In this document: in pieces, positions 35,801-46,132 of the stretch
Layout: each line of letters starts with the position of its first letter
How positions within the stretch are numbered: position 1 is the first letter of the stretch
Virus record (IMG/VR): IMGVR_UViG_3300025012_000095
Location: 1 to 60,941 of that record
DNA length: 60,941 nucleotides
Direction: 5' to 3' (one strand)
DNA from: a virus
Lineage: Duplodnaviria; Caudoviricetes
Position numbers and translations under genes: made by a program
The notes under the pieces: generated by a model
Told to the model about the DNA's origin: nothing
Databases searched by the model: none
The model's input: only the letters and a program-made list of their open reading frames with translations

Positions 35801-38800
35801 TCCGCTGGGGAGGGTGGCGGAAGCGGTTTCGGCTTTGCATCAGAGGCTGGACATTACGGGGGAGCCTCTTCGGGCACTGACTACCCAATTGATGCAACTT
35901 GAGCAGATGGGCGTTACAGTTAGTGTTGCCTCACTAACCAGGGCTTTTGGGGACTGGAGCATTGCGACAGAGGCCCAGTCTGGCGCGCTAGACAGATTCT
36001 TTGCCATTCAGCAGCAGTCCGGCATTGAGATGGAGAGGATGACACAACTCGTAACCCAGTATGGTGGTCCCATGCGGCAACTGGGGTTCTCGTTTGAGAC
36101 GGCGACAGCCCTTCTGGCCAGGTTCGAGAACGAGGGCGTCAACACCGAGTTGGTGATGGGGTCGCTCAGGATCTCGTTGACCGCCTACGCCAAGGCGGGC
36201 TTGCCGGCCGAGGAAGCGATGGCTACGGTTATCGCCAAGATCAAAGAGATGGGCTTCTCTTATGAGGCCACCACCCTGGCGGGTAAGGTTTTTGGAGCGC
36301 AAGCAGGCCCCGATATGGCAGCCGCGATTATCGAGGGACGCTTCGAGATTGATGACTACACAGCCGCACTGAAAAATGCGGACGGCCAGATCGCCAAGAC
36401 GGCGGAATCGACGTTGACTTTTGGCCAACGGGTGCAGGAGGCGAAGAACAAGATCGCCGTTTCTCTGCAACCGGTTGGAAGCCTGTTCCAGAAGGTGTGG
36501 TCCGACTCCAAGAAGTACTTACTCGACGGGGTGGTGGCGATATTGCTGAAGTTCTGCAATTGGTTTACATTCGTGGTCCTGTGGTTGGACGCAAAGACCC
36601 GCAACATGCGGCTGATTATAGGTGCTTGGGTAACGCTCTTTATGATTCCCGTGAAGATCATTTGGAAGATACTCAAGAACTTTGCCTACATTGTTTGGAA
36701 CATAATCAAGTGGATGTTGCGGACGGTTTTTGGGACAATGGAATCGGGCACCTCCTCCTGGGTAGATGCCATGATGCGAGGGACCGTCGCGATTCTACGC
36801 GGCTGGGCGATAGGGATGCGGAAGTTGATTGAGCTTACTCGCCGGGCAGTCCACGCTATTTTGGTCTTGCTTAACGGTTTTTTCCAGGCGCTCCCAGAGA
36901 AGATGCGCGCTTATATCGGCGTGGGGGTTCAGAATATAGGCAACGCCATTATTGGAGGGTTGGACGATATTGCGGCGGGGCTGGATGAGGCGGCGGCGGG
37001 GCTGGAGGCGGCGTTCAACAAGGCGAAGGGCGCAATGGATGAGCTCGAAAGTACGGGAGAGATTGAGCTTCCCGAGATTGATATAAGCGGCTTGACGGAT
37101 GGCGCAGAAAAAGCTGAGAAGGTTGCGAAAGACAAAGGGGAGAAGATTGGGGATGCTCTGGGCGAGGGGATGGTTCAGAACTTTGATGCTGCTCTTAAGA
37201 GGCTAGAGCTAGAGTTGCTGAAGGCCGAGTTTCTGCCGACCGGGGATCTCCCCGCTGACATGGTGCAGGCCATCCAGCGAACAGCCGAGATGATAGGCGC
37301 GAAGTTACAGAGCGAGTGGGACTTGATAGATGCCAACCTGACGGTTCCGCAACTCGACTTCGGCGACGCCCGTGGCGTCGAAGAGAAAATGGCCGTATAC
37401 CAAGAGTGGGTTGAGGAGCAGAAGATAGCCGAGGAGGATCGTTTCCGCCGCCGCATGGCGAACATGGCAATCGAGGCAAACGAGCTAAAGAGCGATGAGG
37501 CGAAGGCCAAGGTTGTTGAGCAGATGGATGCCGAGCAGCAACGGCACGACCTCATGATGGGCTACTTCGATGATGAGGGCAAGGCATTGATGGCGATGTA
37601 TGCCGTCTGGCAAGCCGCGATGGCGGAGCAGAAGGCGAACATCGCTGCGCGCCAGAAGGAAGCCGAGAGGTGGGAGACAGACGTTGCGAACAAGGCCAAG
37701 GAAGGTATAGATTCGCTTGCCAAGGCAGAAGAGGCTCGCCATAAGAAGGTGGTTGAGTACACCACCTTTCTGACCACACGGGAGAAGATTCGACACGACG
37801 CGGCGATGAAGGCGATCACCGACGAGGGGGATGCCATCAAGGGCTACCTCGATGACTGGAAGGAGCGTATAGACGACCTCAAGTTGGGGCTCGATACGCT
37901 GACCATTGATTTGGACATCCCGCGAGAGACGGCTCTGCTCGATGGATTGAAGGCGCAACTGGATGCGATCAAGGCGGTCACAGACACGCTGGTAGTGTTT
38001 GGTGGAGAGGACCGCCAGAAGGCGATGGAGAAGGAGAAGGAGCGGATAGCTCTGACGACGGAGGGGCAGAAGCAGATGCTTGAGGCCGGCAAGGACTTAT
38101 TGACCGGCGACCTGGCGCGCGCTGCCGAGCTGCTACTTGCGGGATATAGCCAGAAGGCTGATGTGGTGCGGGAAATCTTCGCCAAGCTCTCGAAGGACAT
38201 GGAGAATCAAGTCAACGCTCAGCAGGCAATTATTGATGGAAAGAACGCCGAGATCCTAGTGGTGCAGCAACGGATCAACCAGGAAGAGTACTTATTGAAG
38301 TTGGCCACCGACCAATCCGAGGATCTTCTAAAAGCGATTGAAGACCGCAACGTAGCCGAAACAGCTCGTTACGATGCCGAGACAACTCGAATTGCGTCGT
38401 TGGTTGCCGCGGAGGAAGAGAAGTTCAACAAGACGAAGGAAAGCATCGCTACACTGCGGGAGATAGAGGACGGGCGTCATACGGCCAGAATGGTAGCCAT
38501 TACAGAAGAGTATGCCTTGGAGTTGGCGAGGCTCGACCACACTCAGGCCGAAATAGACCAGATGATGGCTGACGCGATTCAGCGGTCGATAGATGTTGGC
38601 AAGGCTGCGGGCCAAGTAATCGAGGAGGCACAGCGCCAAGCTGCGGCCGTGGCGACTACGGGAGCCTTCGAGGTCGGGGATGCCTGGGCTACCTCGGCCA
38701 CGATGGCTTCGCAGGCGTGGGTGAGCGGGATGGCCGTGATGGGCGCCGCGGTCCAGCGTTTTGCGCACGTGGTTGCAATTGCCATGAAGCCGGTGTGGGC

Positions 38801-39974
38801 AGCCATCACAGGCACCCCGCCTGGAGACGAGGGTGGGGAGGACTCCTCCGACGCACAGAGGAAGTGGAAGAGGTCCAAGGGCTTCGCTGGCAAATATGGG
38901 TTCCTGGCGGGGACGGGAACGTTCGATAAGTGGTACGAGAAGTGGTACGGGAAGAAGGGGCCCAAGGGAGATACAGCTTCGGGGAGGGGTGCGGCTGGAA
39001 TGAAGGGGCCGTTTGACAAAGTGGCTGACGACGCCTTGGACGCGGCGGGTAAGATTCAGTTGGGATTCTTTGTTCCGATGGAGAATGGATTCCATAAGTT
39101 GATAGCCCTGGTGACTGACCTTGGCGAGCAGTTGATTGACCTTGTTAAGCAGTCCAGGCTACTTCCTGGGTTGCTGCCCCCGCCGCCAGGGGCAGGGCCA
39201 AACGAGATGGGCAAGGGTGGGAGCAGGCCGGTAGACCCCACCGAGATGGGTAAGGGTGGAAGCAGGCCAGTAGACCCCACCGAGATGGGCTTCGAGTACT
39301 ACTTTGCGGCGCTGAAATCGTGGAACAAACAGGCCATGACGGTAATCGCGTCGGCGGCGGGTTTGGTTGCTACGGAAGTCGCGAGCAATCGTAAGGGGAT
39401 ATGCAAGCTGCTTGCAGACGATGAGCCGAACGATCTCGGCTTCGAGTACTACTTTGCGGCGCTGGGCAAGTGGAGTGCGCAGGCCATGACGGTAATCGCG
39501 TCGGCGGCGGGTTTGGTTGCTACGGAAGTCGCGGGTAGGCGTAAAAACATCAGCGACTTGCTGGGAGAATGGGGGCCAAATGACCTCGGCTTCGAGCACT
39601 ACTTCGCTGCATTGAAATCGTGGAGTGCGCAGGCCGAGACGGTCTTGGCGTCGGCCGCAGGACTGGACTTTTCACACATCGAGGATGTCAGGAAGAGACT
39701 AACAGACCTCTTATTGAGCAGTGGCGGGGCGTTCCTGGGCAGTACGGGCGAGGGTGGGGGCGGGCCTACCTTAACGGTATACGCATCAACGGCAAACGTC
39801 GCGGAAATCAACTTCGGCGGGTTGTACTTTGACACAACGGTAGTCACGGAGATGGATGGGCAAGAGATTGCCACCAAGGTGGTGAAGGTACTGGTTAACG
39901 ATACGCGATTGCTAGATGATCTCGGTAAGAGCCTAGCCACTCGCGGCGCACAGACGGGGACATACGGACCATGA
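32868..39974 (+). CDS. Tape measure protein (2368 aa)
   Basis: Very long Ala/Gly-rich helical ORF with a TP901-like core (FGAQAGPDMAAAI). Confidence 0.92.
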   Translation: MTEAEVLLKLRSTAETGGFQKVTAAATALMEKFASATKEILKFSGAAKLAAAAVVLLGQGGFQQVLAGATAFTDKLTLVVREIQRFRAELRQTWAGMIQLGQSGFQEIIAAAASFTGKISLVVKEIQKFRVGVRQVAASMIQLGQDGFQEVNGAITSFTGKLASVGQEIRKFGEGIKQAATGMLKLAQGGFQQVIAATTSLVGEITGIAKEIMAFIERIKQAATSLVELGQKILSVAETALKLADRFGLTGIIAKTLVKQLVPVGLEMVGMDKSANKAATAIGFVAGKMKGTSLASTELGGRLQQVSGGLQSLGLGAQGFAGKLQLLSMAAGLVLLPLTILGGVAGIATKVVTGLAMGVVHLGAGFLKATSGAVGFVSRVVMLANSLISFSAAIKAAGGAGPLIADVGKQFATFGPVITSLGASLQGVFGEKMRGLFASLAISIQGAGTALKSMLGLGKAAQGIAMGFNGAASSAAGLRDRIAGVSQALKATKGEVGVEKIADAFDKAVAAGGKLKDQVVSLSSGLGGLKSGFTGAAASALGLGKGIDGTKASITPLKGEIKQVNTDITTMSITIKSMKKALASDEGSVGIERISDAFDKVSAKVKGFVATLKTMASANLAKFSTPLVAGLRSISDHSINAMMAMYKAGNGAQDTAKKFGEVSVRVGGLGTIFSTLSKALEHLGSQATIFGGVWSVATQKAGVFRGALTSLAGMVGGVSKAFQGVSANAGAVGTVFKTLGIENAAKKFGEFAVKVGGVGGGLSGLGKALGHLSSQASVFGSVWSGATAKAGFFRGVVLGLAGAAGTAGKALQGLSANAGAVGTALRSSSELAGKTAVGFGQLANQFYKLEKKLPQTSNAARATGIALGAMGDAAKMAGTQLGNLSEGTGAVTTGLWLAKGAGGGFLSMLIKFVGGLSATTVGVGLFVIALAAVSVALIKVGQQFEKQFRIIAQKTGEVGPKLEELKADFLAVGAEATVPLGRVAEAVSALHQRLDITGEPLRALTTQLMQLEQMGVTVSVASLTRAFGDWSIATEAQSGALDRFFAIQQQSGIEMERMTQLVTQYGGPMRQLGFSFETATALLARFENEGVNTELVMGSLRISLTAYAKAGLPAEEAMATVIAKIKEMGFSYEATTLAGKVFGAQAGPDMAAAIIEGRFEIDDYTAALKNADGQIAKTAESTLTFGQRVQEAKNKIAVSLQPVGSLFQKVWSDSKKYLLDGVVAILLKFCNWFTFVVLWLDAKTRNMRLIIGAWVTLFMIPVKIIWKILKNFAYIVWNIIKWMLRTVFGTMESGTSSWVDAMMRGTVAILRGWAIGMRKLIELTRRAVHAILVLLNGFFQALPEKMRAYIGVGVQNIGNAIIGGLDDIAAGLDEAAAGLEAAFNKAKGAMDELESTGEIELPEIDISGLTDGAEKAEKVAKDKGEKIGDALGEGMVQNFDAALKRLELELLKAEFLPTGDLPADMVQAIQRTAEMIGAKLQSEWDLIDANLTVPQLDFGDARGVEEKMAVYQEWVEEQKIAEEDRFRRRMANMAIEANELKSDEAKAKVVEQMDAEQQRHDLMMGYFDDEGKALMAMYAVWQAAMAEQKANIAARQKEAERWETDVANKAKEGIDSLAKAEEARHKKVVEYTTFLTTREKIRHDAAMKAITDEGDAIKGYLDDWKERIDDLKLGLDTLTIDLDIPRETALLDGLKAQLDAIKAVTDTLVVFGGEDRQKAMEKEKERIALTTEGQKQMLEAGKDLLTGDLARAAELLLAGYSQKADVVREIFAKLSKDMENQVNAQQAIIDGKNAEILVVQQRINQEEYLLKLATDQSEDLLKAIEDRNVAETARYDAETTRIASLVAAEEEKFNKTKESIATLREIEDGRHTARMVAITEEYALELARLDHTQAEIDQMMADAIQRSIDVGKAAGQVIEEAQRQAAAVATTGAFEVGDAWATSATMASQAWVSGMAVMGAAVQRFAHVVAIAMKPVWAAITGTPPGDEGGEDSSDAQRKWKRSKGFAGKYGFLAGTGTFDKWYEKWYGKKGPKGDTASGRGAAGMKGPFDKVADDALDAAGKIQLGFFVPMENGFHKLIALVTDLGEQLIDLVKQSRLLPGLLPPPPGAGPNEMGKGGSRPVDPTEMGKGGSRPVDPTEMGFEYYFAALKSWNKQAMTVIASAAGLVATEVASNRKGICKLLADDEPNDLGFEYYFAALGKWSAQAMTVIASAAGLVATEVAGRRKNISDLLGEWGPNDLGFEHYFAALKSWSAQAETVLASAAGLDFSHIEDVRKRLTDLLLSSGGAFLGSTGEGGGGPTLTVYASTANVAEINFGGLYFDTTVVTEMDGQEIATKVVKVLVNDTRLLDDLGKSLATRGAQTGTYGP

Positions 39975-40885
39975 GTCTAGTATCGCCGAGCGCGTACTGG
40001 GGGGTCGTAGCGGCTGGGACGGGTGGCACGCAGCTTGACGCGACCGTCGGCGAGTGGGTACGCGCGTTCGAGATCAAGGACAGCGGGGCTGTTGAATGGG
40101 TCAGGGCCGGCACGCAGCAGCGTGCCACCCGGTCCGGGATTGCCAGAGACGTAGAGAGTTATCCGACCGGCTGCGAGCGGGAGTTTGCCATCGTCGCCAC
40201 GACCACCACTCAGGCTCCTGGCACACAGGCAATGATGAACGCCATGTTCTCCGAATGGCGGCGGCTGCAAGTGCTCCTGAGCCCCGATGCGGGTCAGGTC
40301 TACATGAAGATCACGCGAACGGCTGACGACGACGCGGCCACGATCTCGAACATGCTCCTCTGTGAAGCGATGGAGCTTCCGGCAATGCCTTTCCCCAAGG
40401 GCGGCGACCCCGAGACGATCTACGGCGGCGTACTCCGGTATCCGCTGAAGGTGTGGTGTGGCTTCCCGTTCTTCTGGACTCTGACCGCCGAGACGGTGGA
40501 TACCACATCCATCACCGGGACACCAGGCACGGCCACAGCTACGAACACGGGAAGCGTCTACTGCGGGGCGAAGTTCGTGGTGGGGAGTGTCAGCGGGACA
40601 ATCACAAAGCTCGTGTTCTCGAACACTACGACTGGAGATGAGTTCAGCGTCAGTAGTGCTGGGTTTGTGAACGGCGACACTATCGACATGGGCTACACCG
40701 ACAAGCAGTGGACAGGGGATAGGCTGAGTGGGACCGGGGCGCCGGTGTTTGCGCTCAATGGTTCGTCCCTGGCGAAGTGCTCGATGCTCCTCAAGCCGGG
40801 CGCGAACTCCCTATCGGTTGCCAAGACTGGCGGAACGTCATGTATGGTGACGGTCTCCTGGCAGCCCTGTCACGGCAGTATCTAA
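39971..40885 (+). CDS. Distal tail (Dit-like) protein
   Basis: Follows the TMP; PFFW, TNTGSV, LKPGANSL. Confidence 0.7.
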   Translation: MSLVSPSAYWGVVAAGTGGTQLDATVGEWVRAFEIKDSGAVEWVRAGTQQRATRSGIARDVESYPTGCEREFAIVATTTTQAPGTQAMMNAMFSEWRRLQVLLSPDAGQVYMKITRTADDDAATISNMLLCEAMELPAMPFPKGGDPETIYGGVLRYPLKVWCGFPFFWTLTAETVDTTSITGTPGTATATNTGSVYCGAKFVVGSVSGTITKLVFSNTTTGDEFSVSSAGFVNGDTIDMGYTDKQWTGDRLSGTGAPVFALNGSSLAKCSMLLKPGANSLSVAKTGGTSCMVTVSWQPCHGSI

Positions 40886-42096
40886 TGATCGACCGCGCTG
40901 ACCTCCAGTTCGTCATTTGGGATAACGACATGAGCGCCATGTCGCCCGTGTTCGATCCGATCTCGGCATCGGTAACTCGCGGGCGACAGCCGACAGGCCT
41001 GATGACATTGGCGCTGCGTAGGAATGACCCCGCCCTGGCAGAGAGCGGAATACTTATTCCTCCCGCCGGGCCGGGAGCTTTGTACCTCTTGGCGTGCTAC
41101 TTCCGCGACTTCTCCGCACCGTTTCAGATAGTGCGTTGCCAGGTTGCGGAGATGGGGGATTACTTCCTGCTGTCTGGGGAAGCGCTATTCAGTGAGATCC
41201 TACGCAGCCGCCTGGTGATGGCATCTGGGACGACGGTGAGCGATTCGTATACTGGCAAGGCCGACAATGTGGCGAGGGCCTATCTCAGGGCAAACTTCGT
41301 TACACCGACGGCTATTATTCCAACAAACTATCCCAGGGCCACGCGCGACGAGTTCGGGGGGATAGTGGTGGCGGTAGAAGCGGACACGACTGCTCACCCC
41401 ACTACAATCACCTATGATGTTTCGGTGGGGCAGAACGCGGTTGAGTGGGCGGAAGAGTTTGCTTTGAAGTGGAACCTTCGGTGGACGCTATCTCTTGCGG
41501 CGGCGACGGCGACCTTCGGGTTGGTGTATCCATATCAAAAGGCGGACAAGTCAATCACGGGTGGGTTTCTTCTTACGCCCAGCCTCGGCACCCTGGAGAG
41601 TTGGAAGGAGATTATGGACTATACTGCCATCCGCAACACATGGCTGTTGGTGGATGGCACTAACAGGACATGGCGCACTGACAACACGTCGGTGGCGGCT
41701 TACGGAAACAAAGAAGCTGAGATCAAGATGGAGGTTGGTGGGGCGGTCCCATCCGTTGCGATGCGGGGGTACGAATCCGATGACCTGCTAGCCAAGGGGA
41801 AAGACCCCGACCAGCGGATTGAGATAGCACCGCGCGATGCCTCGTGGTTTGAGTTCATCACACACTACGGGGTGGGTGATTTGGTAACGGCTGCCGACTA
41901 CTATGGCTGGGACCGCGAGGTTGATCTGCAAATCGTAGATGCGACGATTGATCTCCCACAAGGCGGGGGTGGTGCGACGGTAAAGTTGGGCATTGGCATC
42001 GGACCCCGCGACAGATTCGGGGAGGGCTGGCGTCTGCTGGGGCCGAAAGGCGGCCGGGAGATGGGTAGCCGATTCGCACTGGGGACGGGTGGATGA
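40885..42096 (+). CDS. Baseplate hub / Gp37-like tail protein
   Basis: Position; SVAAYGNKE, HYGVGDLVT. Confidence 0.65.
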   Translation: MIDRADLQFVIWDNDMSAMSPVFDPISASVTRGRQPTGLMTLALRRNDPALAESGILIPPAGPGALYLLACYFRDFSAPFQIVRCQVAEMGDYFLLSGEALFSEILRSRLVMASGTTVSDSYTGKADNVARAYLRANFVTPTAIIPTNYPRATRDEFGGIVVAVEADTTAHPTTITYDVSVGQNAVEWAEEFALKWNLRWTLSLAAATATFGLVYPYQKADKSITGGFLLTPSLGTLESWKEIMDYTAIRNTWLLVDGTNRTWRTDNTSVAAYGNKEAEIKMEVGGAVPSVAMRGYESDDLLAKGKDPDQRIEIAPRDASWFEFITHYGVGDLVTAADYYGWDREVDLQIVDATIDLPQGGGGATVKLGIGIGPRDRFGEGWRLLGPKGGREMGSRFALGTGG

Positions 42097-43181
42097 CCCC
42101 CTTCCGCTTGTGGTTTGCTCGGGTAGTATTCCTGGCCGCCCTTGTCGTGCTAGCATGGGGCTCTAGCGTGGCTTCCGGCACGTCCAGGCGCGCCCTAAGC
42201 GATTTTGATGCGGGGGTGGCTATAGTGGTACCCCCTGGTCAAACATGCGCCACATGGACCCCCCAGGCGGTTCCGTCAATTATTCCCACGGCTGCGGGTA
42301 TGCCGGGGCCAACGGTTACTCCTCCACCGTTGGCCCCGGCGGTGTGGGCCGGGGTGCAGTTCTTGGGGCAGGAAGCGGAGAGCGATTGGCAAGCACTTGC
42401 GGCTGCGGGATTTGGAACGGCGCGAGTGCGGGTGATCCAGTCGGGATCGGAGGTGCCTCACGCGTGGATCGGCAGAGAGGTGGCTCGCGCCGAACGGTAT
42501 GGGACGCGGGTCCTCCTCACGTTCTGGGTACAGGGGGCAGGAAAGATTGACGTGGACTGCTCGACCGCATCGGTTGCAGCCTATACTGTGGCGGTGAGGG
42601 AGATAGCCCGCGTCTACAAAGGGCGCATCTGGGCATACCAGATTGATAGCGAGCCCGATCTTTGCAAGGCATCCGCCGCAAGTTACTCTGCCCGACTGAT
42701 AGCTGCGTGGCAAGCCATCAAAGCCGAAGACCCCAAGGCTCTCGTTGTAATGGGTGGGCTGGCTTACGAGACCTACGCTGCACCGTTGACCTGGTTGGAT
42801 GATGCACTACGTACATTGTACGGCAGTCGGTGCTGGCCCTGCATGGATGCAATTGCGGTTCACTCGTATGCGGACGACTGGGGACGGTGGCCCGGTGGGT
42901 TGGAGGGCAAGCTGGCTGCCGTGCGGAAGAGGATGAAGCTGTGGGGCCTCACACTTCCCGTATGGGTATCGGAGGGAGGGGCTTCGAGCGGGCCGTCGAA
43001 TCAGTGGCATGAGCGGACCCCCGCGACTCAGGCGAAGCTCGTGGCCGACTACCTGATGCGATGTCGGACCTTGCCCCTCTGTGTGGTTTTCCGCGCAACC
43101 GACGGCCTCGAGGTTGACCAGTACGGCATCATCGGCAAGCCCGCGATGGATGCCGCAAGGAAGGTCTTGGGTGATCGGTGA
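42093..43181 (+). CDS. Secreted or membrane-anchored GH-A-clan-like glycoside hydrolase
   Basis: Signal/TM segment, Pro/Thr linker, YQIDSEPD, AIKAEDPKALVVMGGL, DAIAVHSY, PVWVSEGG. Confidence 0.75.
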   Translation: MTPFRLWFARVVFLAALVVLAWGSSVASGTSRRALSDFDAGVAIVVPPGQTCATWTPQAVPSIIPTAAGMPGPTVTPPPLAPAVWAGVQFLGQEAESDWQALAAAGFGTARVRVIQSGSEVPHAWIGREVARAERYGTRVLLTFWVQGAGKIDVDCSTASVAAYTVAVREIARVYKGRIWAYQIDSEPDLCKASAASYSARLIAAWQAIKAEDPKALVVMGGLAYETYAAPLTWLDDALRTLYGSRCWPCMDAIAVHSYADDWGRWPGGLEGKLAAVRKRMKLWGLTLPVWVSEGGASSGPSNQWHERTPATQAKLVADYLMRCRTLPLCVVFRATDGLEVDQYGIIGKPAMDAARKVLGDR

Positions 43182-43469
43182 CATCGGGGGGCGCAACGAG
43201 CTTACGGCTGATGAGATTCGGGCATTGACTCCCGCCGAGTATCGGTGTGCGGTTTGTGGAAAAACGGCTATACTGCTGGCGTGCGAGCCGCTGCCGCGGG
43301 GGTGGGGAGTTCGCGTGGTAGTGCGCGACGGGATGGTGATGCGAGGTGGAGCCGCCTATTACTGCGAAGACTGCAACATGGGCCGGGTTGCCGAAAGGAT
43401 TGTCTCATGGCCGATAGCACCGTACTCCAGGCGGATGCGGTCACGCTCTGCGCCGGTAGGGGGTGAGTA

Positions 43470-43814
43470 ATGGAAGCCGTCTTCATACGAGCACTCGAGA
43501 ATGGCGGGCCGCTATTGTCAATGGCGGTATTGACGATCTACACACTGGTTACGGTCTGGAACCGGCGGAGTAACGGCAACGTGACCTCGCTCCTGACAGC
43601 GCTTGAGACGAGAATAGGGGTGAAGATTGACGCGTTAGCGTGTGAGACGACAGCGAATAAGCTGGCGCTCCAGAATCTACAGTTGGCTCTTGGCCCGATT
43701 GAACGCGAGCGTGCGGCTATCGACCAAAGGCGAGTCATTACCGAGGCGGTGAGGGCGGTGCTGGCGGAGGTGGCTCCGGCTGGTGTACCGCGCCGAAAGA
43801 AGGAAAGCCCATAA
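43470..43814 (+). CDS. Single-TM coiled-coil protein (holin-like/accessory)
   Basis: One hydrophobic helix followed by a coiled coil. Confidence 0.5.
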   Translation: MEAVFIRALENGGPLLSMAVLTIYTLVTVWNRRSNGNVTSLLTALETRIGVKIDALACETTANKLALQNLQLALGPIERERAAIDQRRVITEAVRAVLAEVAPAGVPRRKKESP

Positions 43815-43857
43815 GCCAATCCACCACGGGGGCCGAGGACCACCGAGGAGGTGCGGC

Positions 43858-45177
43858 ATGGACGAAGAACTCTCTCACATTCTGGCACTACAATCCCAGG
43901 GCTACTCGTATACCGAGATTGGTGAGTGCCTTGGGAAGACCAAGAGCGCCGTTGAGAGCAAGATAAGGCGAGCAAGGAAGGCAGGGAAGCTCGCGGATCT
44001 TGCCGTCGGCCAGAATCCACCCTCGACTACCGGCCAACTCACCGTCAGCAGCGATGCTGACGCGATGGTGCTGGAGTCCCCCCGATCTGCGACAATCATG
44101 ACGCTGGACCAACTCCTTACGGCCTGCGAAGTTGATCTGAGTACGTGGGAGGTCGAGCGGTACGTCGTCAACAAGTGGGACCAGAAGCCGGACGAGCCGC
44201 TATTTCAGGTGAAGGCATGGCTGCGGCCGTTGAAGGCTTTGGTGAACTTGAAGGTGGCGGTGGCCCAACTGTTGCAAGACATGCAACAGCACGCACCGGT
44301 CTACGCTCAACTCCGCTATGAGAAGCCGGCCCTCTCCGAGCGGCACATGCTAGAGGTCTGCCTGATGGATTTGCACTCTGGAATGTACGCATGGGGAGAG
44401 GAAACAGGGGCAGATTATGACTCAGATATAGCATGTGATCTGGCACGGCGTAGTGTAAAAGCGTTGCTGGCTCATGCGTGGACGTTCTCTCTCGAGCGGA
44501 TACTACTGCCGTTGGGGAACGACCTGGCACATAGCGACCGGACTAACCAAGGGGCTGGTGGTATGACGCAGAAGGGGACGTCCGTTGACGTGGATGGGAG
44601 GCGGGCAAGGCTACTGCGGATGATTCGTATGATTGCAGTAGAGTCCATCGACACACTACGGATGGCTGCGCCGGTTGACGTGGTAATGATCCAGGGGAAC
44701 CACGATGAAGAGACGGTCATGGCGCTGGGGGAGATAGTGTCGGCGTGGTACAGGAACGATCAGTCGGTGACGGTGGACATGAGCCCAAAGCCACGCAAGT
44801 ACGTTCGATACGGAGCGACACTTCTGGGGTTCACGCACGGGCACAAAGGCAAGGCACAAGATCTGCCGCTTATCATGGCGTCGGAGACTCCGGCAGACTG
44901 GGCGGGAACGACATGGAGGGAGTGGCACTTAGGACATCTTCATCGGAAAGGCGAGATCGTCGAGGAGCACGCGGGGGTCAGGGTTAGGACCATGCCAAGC
45001 CTGGCGGCTCTGGACGCATGGTCGGCGGGGCAGGGATATAACCACAAGAGAGCGGCGGAGGCCTATCTCTGGCATCACGACACGGCTTACGTGGGGCACT
45101 TCTCGGTCGCACTTCCCGGTGAATTGGATAGGCAAGGAGAGAGTGTGAGGCTAAGAGAAACTCTTGACAGCGTATAG
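43858..45177 (+). CDS. HTH + calcineurin-like metallophosphoesterase
   Basis: GYSYTEIGECLGKT HTH; DLHSG, GND, GNHD, FTHGH, GHLH. Confidence 0.85.
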   Translation: MDEELSHILALQSQGYSYTEIGECLGKTKSAVESKIRRARKAGKLADLAVGQNPPSTTGQLTVSSDADAMVLESPRSATIMTLDQLLTACEVDLSTWEVERYVVNKWDQKPDEPLFQVKAWLRPLKALVNLKVAVAQLLQDMQQHAPVYAQLRYEKPALSERHMLEVCLMDLHSGMYAWGEETGADYDSDIACDLARRSVKALLAHAWTFSLERILLPLGNDLAHSDRTNQGAGGMTQKGTSVDVDGRRARLLRMIRMIAVESIDTLRMAAPVDVVMIQGNHDEETVMALGEIVSAWYRNDQSVTVDMSPKPRKYVRYGATLLGFTHGHKGKAQDLPLIMASETPADWAGTTWREWHLGHLHRKGEIVEEHAGVRVRTMPSLAALDAWSAGQGYNHKRAAEAYLWHHDTAYVGHFSVALPGELDRQGESVRLRETLDSV

Positions 45178-45192
45178 TTGTTATGGTAGACT
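45164..45192 (+). promoter_or_regulatory. Sigma70-type promoter with extended -10
   Basis: TTGACA-17 nt-TAGACT preceded by TGG. Confidence 0.8.
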
Positions 45193-45235
45193 TAGTGCCG
45201 AGGGGCCAAAGCGAAGAGGACGAGCGGGTACAAGT

Positions 45236-46132
45236 ATGGGACAGATTCACCCGCTCGATCAACGTAAAGGGGCGAGAAATTTGAATCAGGATACCGAGAC
45301 AATCAGAGTCGAGCGTGGCTACGCGGCAATGCGGGCAGCCGCTCGTCGGCACCACGAGCAGCGCGTGGCGACGATAGCCTTTACGATCTTCGCACTTGGC
45401 ACGGCGTTTGGGTGGTGGCTGAAGCCGGTGGTTGTCCCCCAGGTGGCTAGGGCGCAGGTGATTATCCAGGAAAACTCGGCGGCGGCTGTTGAATCTTCAA
45501 CGTTAGCCTCGCTCCAATTGGGCTACAAACCCCCTGCGATTGATGACGCGGTTGGCGATTCAACCACCAATGGTGTTAGCGATTCAGCTAGTATGCCAAC
45601 CGGTATTAGCGAATCCACGATTCCGTGGATGCCGGAGACGGTTACAAGGTGGTTGCCTGAAATTACGGGGGCGGCTACGGCACATGGCATTGACCCCGAA
45701 CTTGTGGCAATCGTGATGTTGGTGGAGTCAGGGGGCGGAGACGATGCCACCAGCCGGAGTGGGGCAACGTCGCTCATGCAGGTAATGCCGGCTACCGGGG
45801 CGGGCATCGCAGCAGAGCGGGGCATAGAAAAGTACGATCTCTATGATCCGGCAACCTCAATCGACTTTGGAGCCTATTATCTCGCTCAGCAGATGGCGGC
45901 TTTCGGCAAGGTTGACGATCCCGATTGGCAAGCCTCGGTGGAATTGGCTGCCGCCGCCTACAACGGCGGGCCTGGCTCCGTGATTCGTGGCCGGCTGTCG
46001 TCGGAGACGATACGATATAGGCGCTGGATGGGGGGTTTTTGGCGCGAGAGACATGATTCGGCTTCGCCAACGTTTGAGGAATGGAAAGTGGCTGGGGGTT
46101 CTCGGCTTATCCAGAATGCGGAGGAGCATTGA
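45236..46132 (+). CDS. Membrane-anchored lytic transglycosylase (SLT); start uncertain
   Basis: IDPELVAIVMLVESGG, SLMQVMPAT, AAAAYNGGPG; N-terminal TM segment. Confidence 0.88.
   Translation: MGQIHPLDQRKGARNLNQDTETIRVERGYAAMRAAARRHHEQRVATIAFTIFALGTAFGWWLKPVVVPQVARAQVIIQENSAAAVESSTLASLQLGYKPPAIDDAVGDSTTNGVSDSASMPTGISESTIPWMPETVTRWLPEITGAATAHGIDPELVAIVMLVESGGGDDATSRSGATSLMQVMPATGAGIAAERGIEKYDLYDPATSIDFGAYYLAQQMAAFGKVDDPDWQASVELAAAAYNGGPGSVIRGRLSSETIRYRRWMGGFWRERHDSASPTFEEWKVAGGSRLIQNAEEH

Noticed and set aside
32868-39974. Many long minus-strand and alternate-frame ORFs here and across the genome
   Set aside because: Shadow ORFs of GC-rich coding sequence with no motifs or RBS
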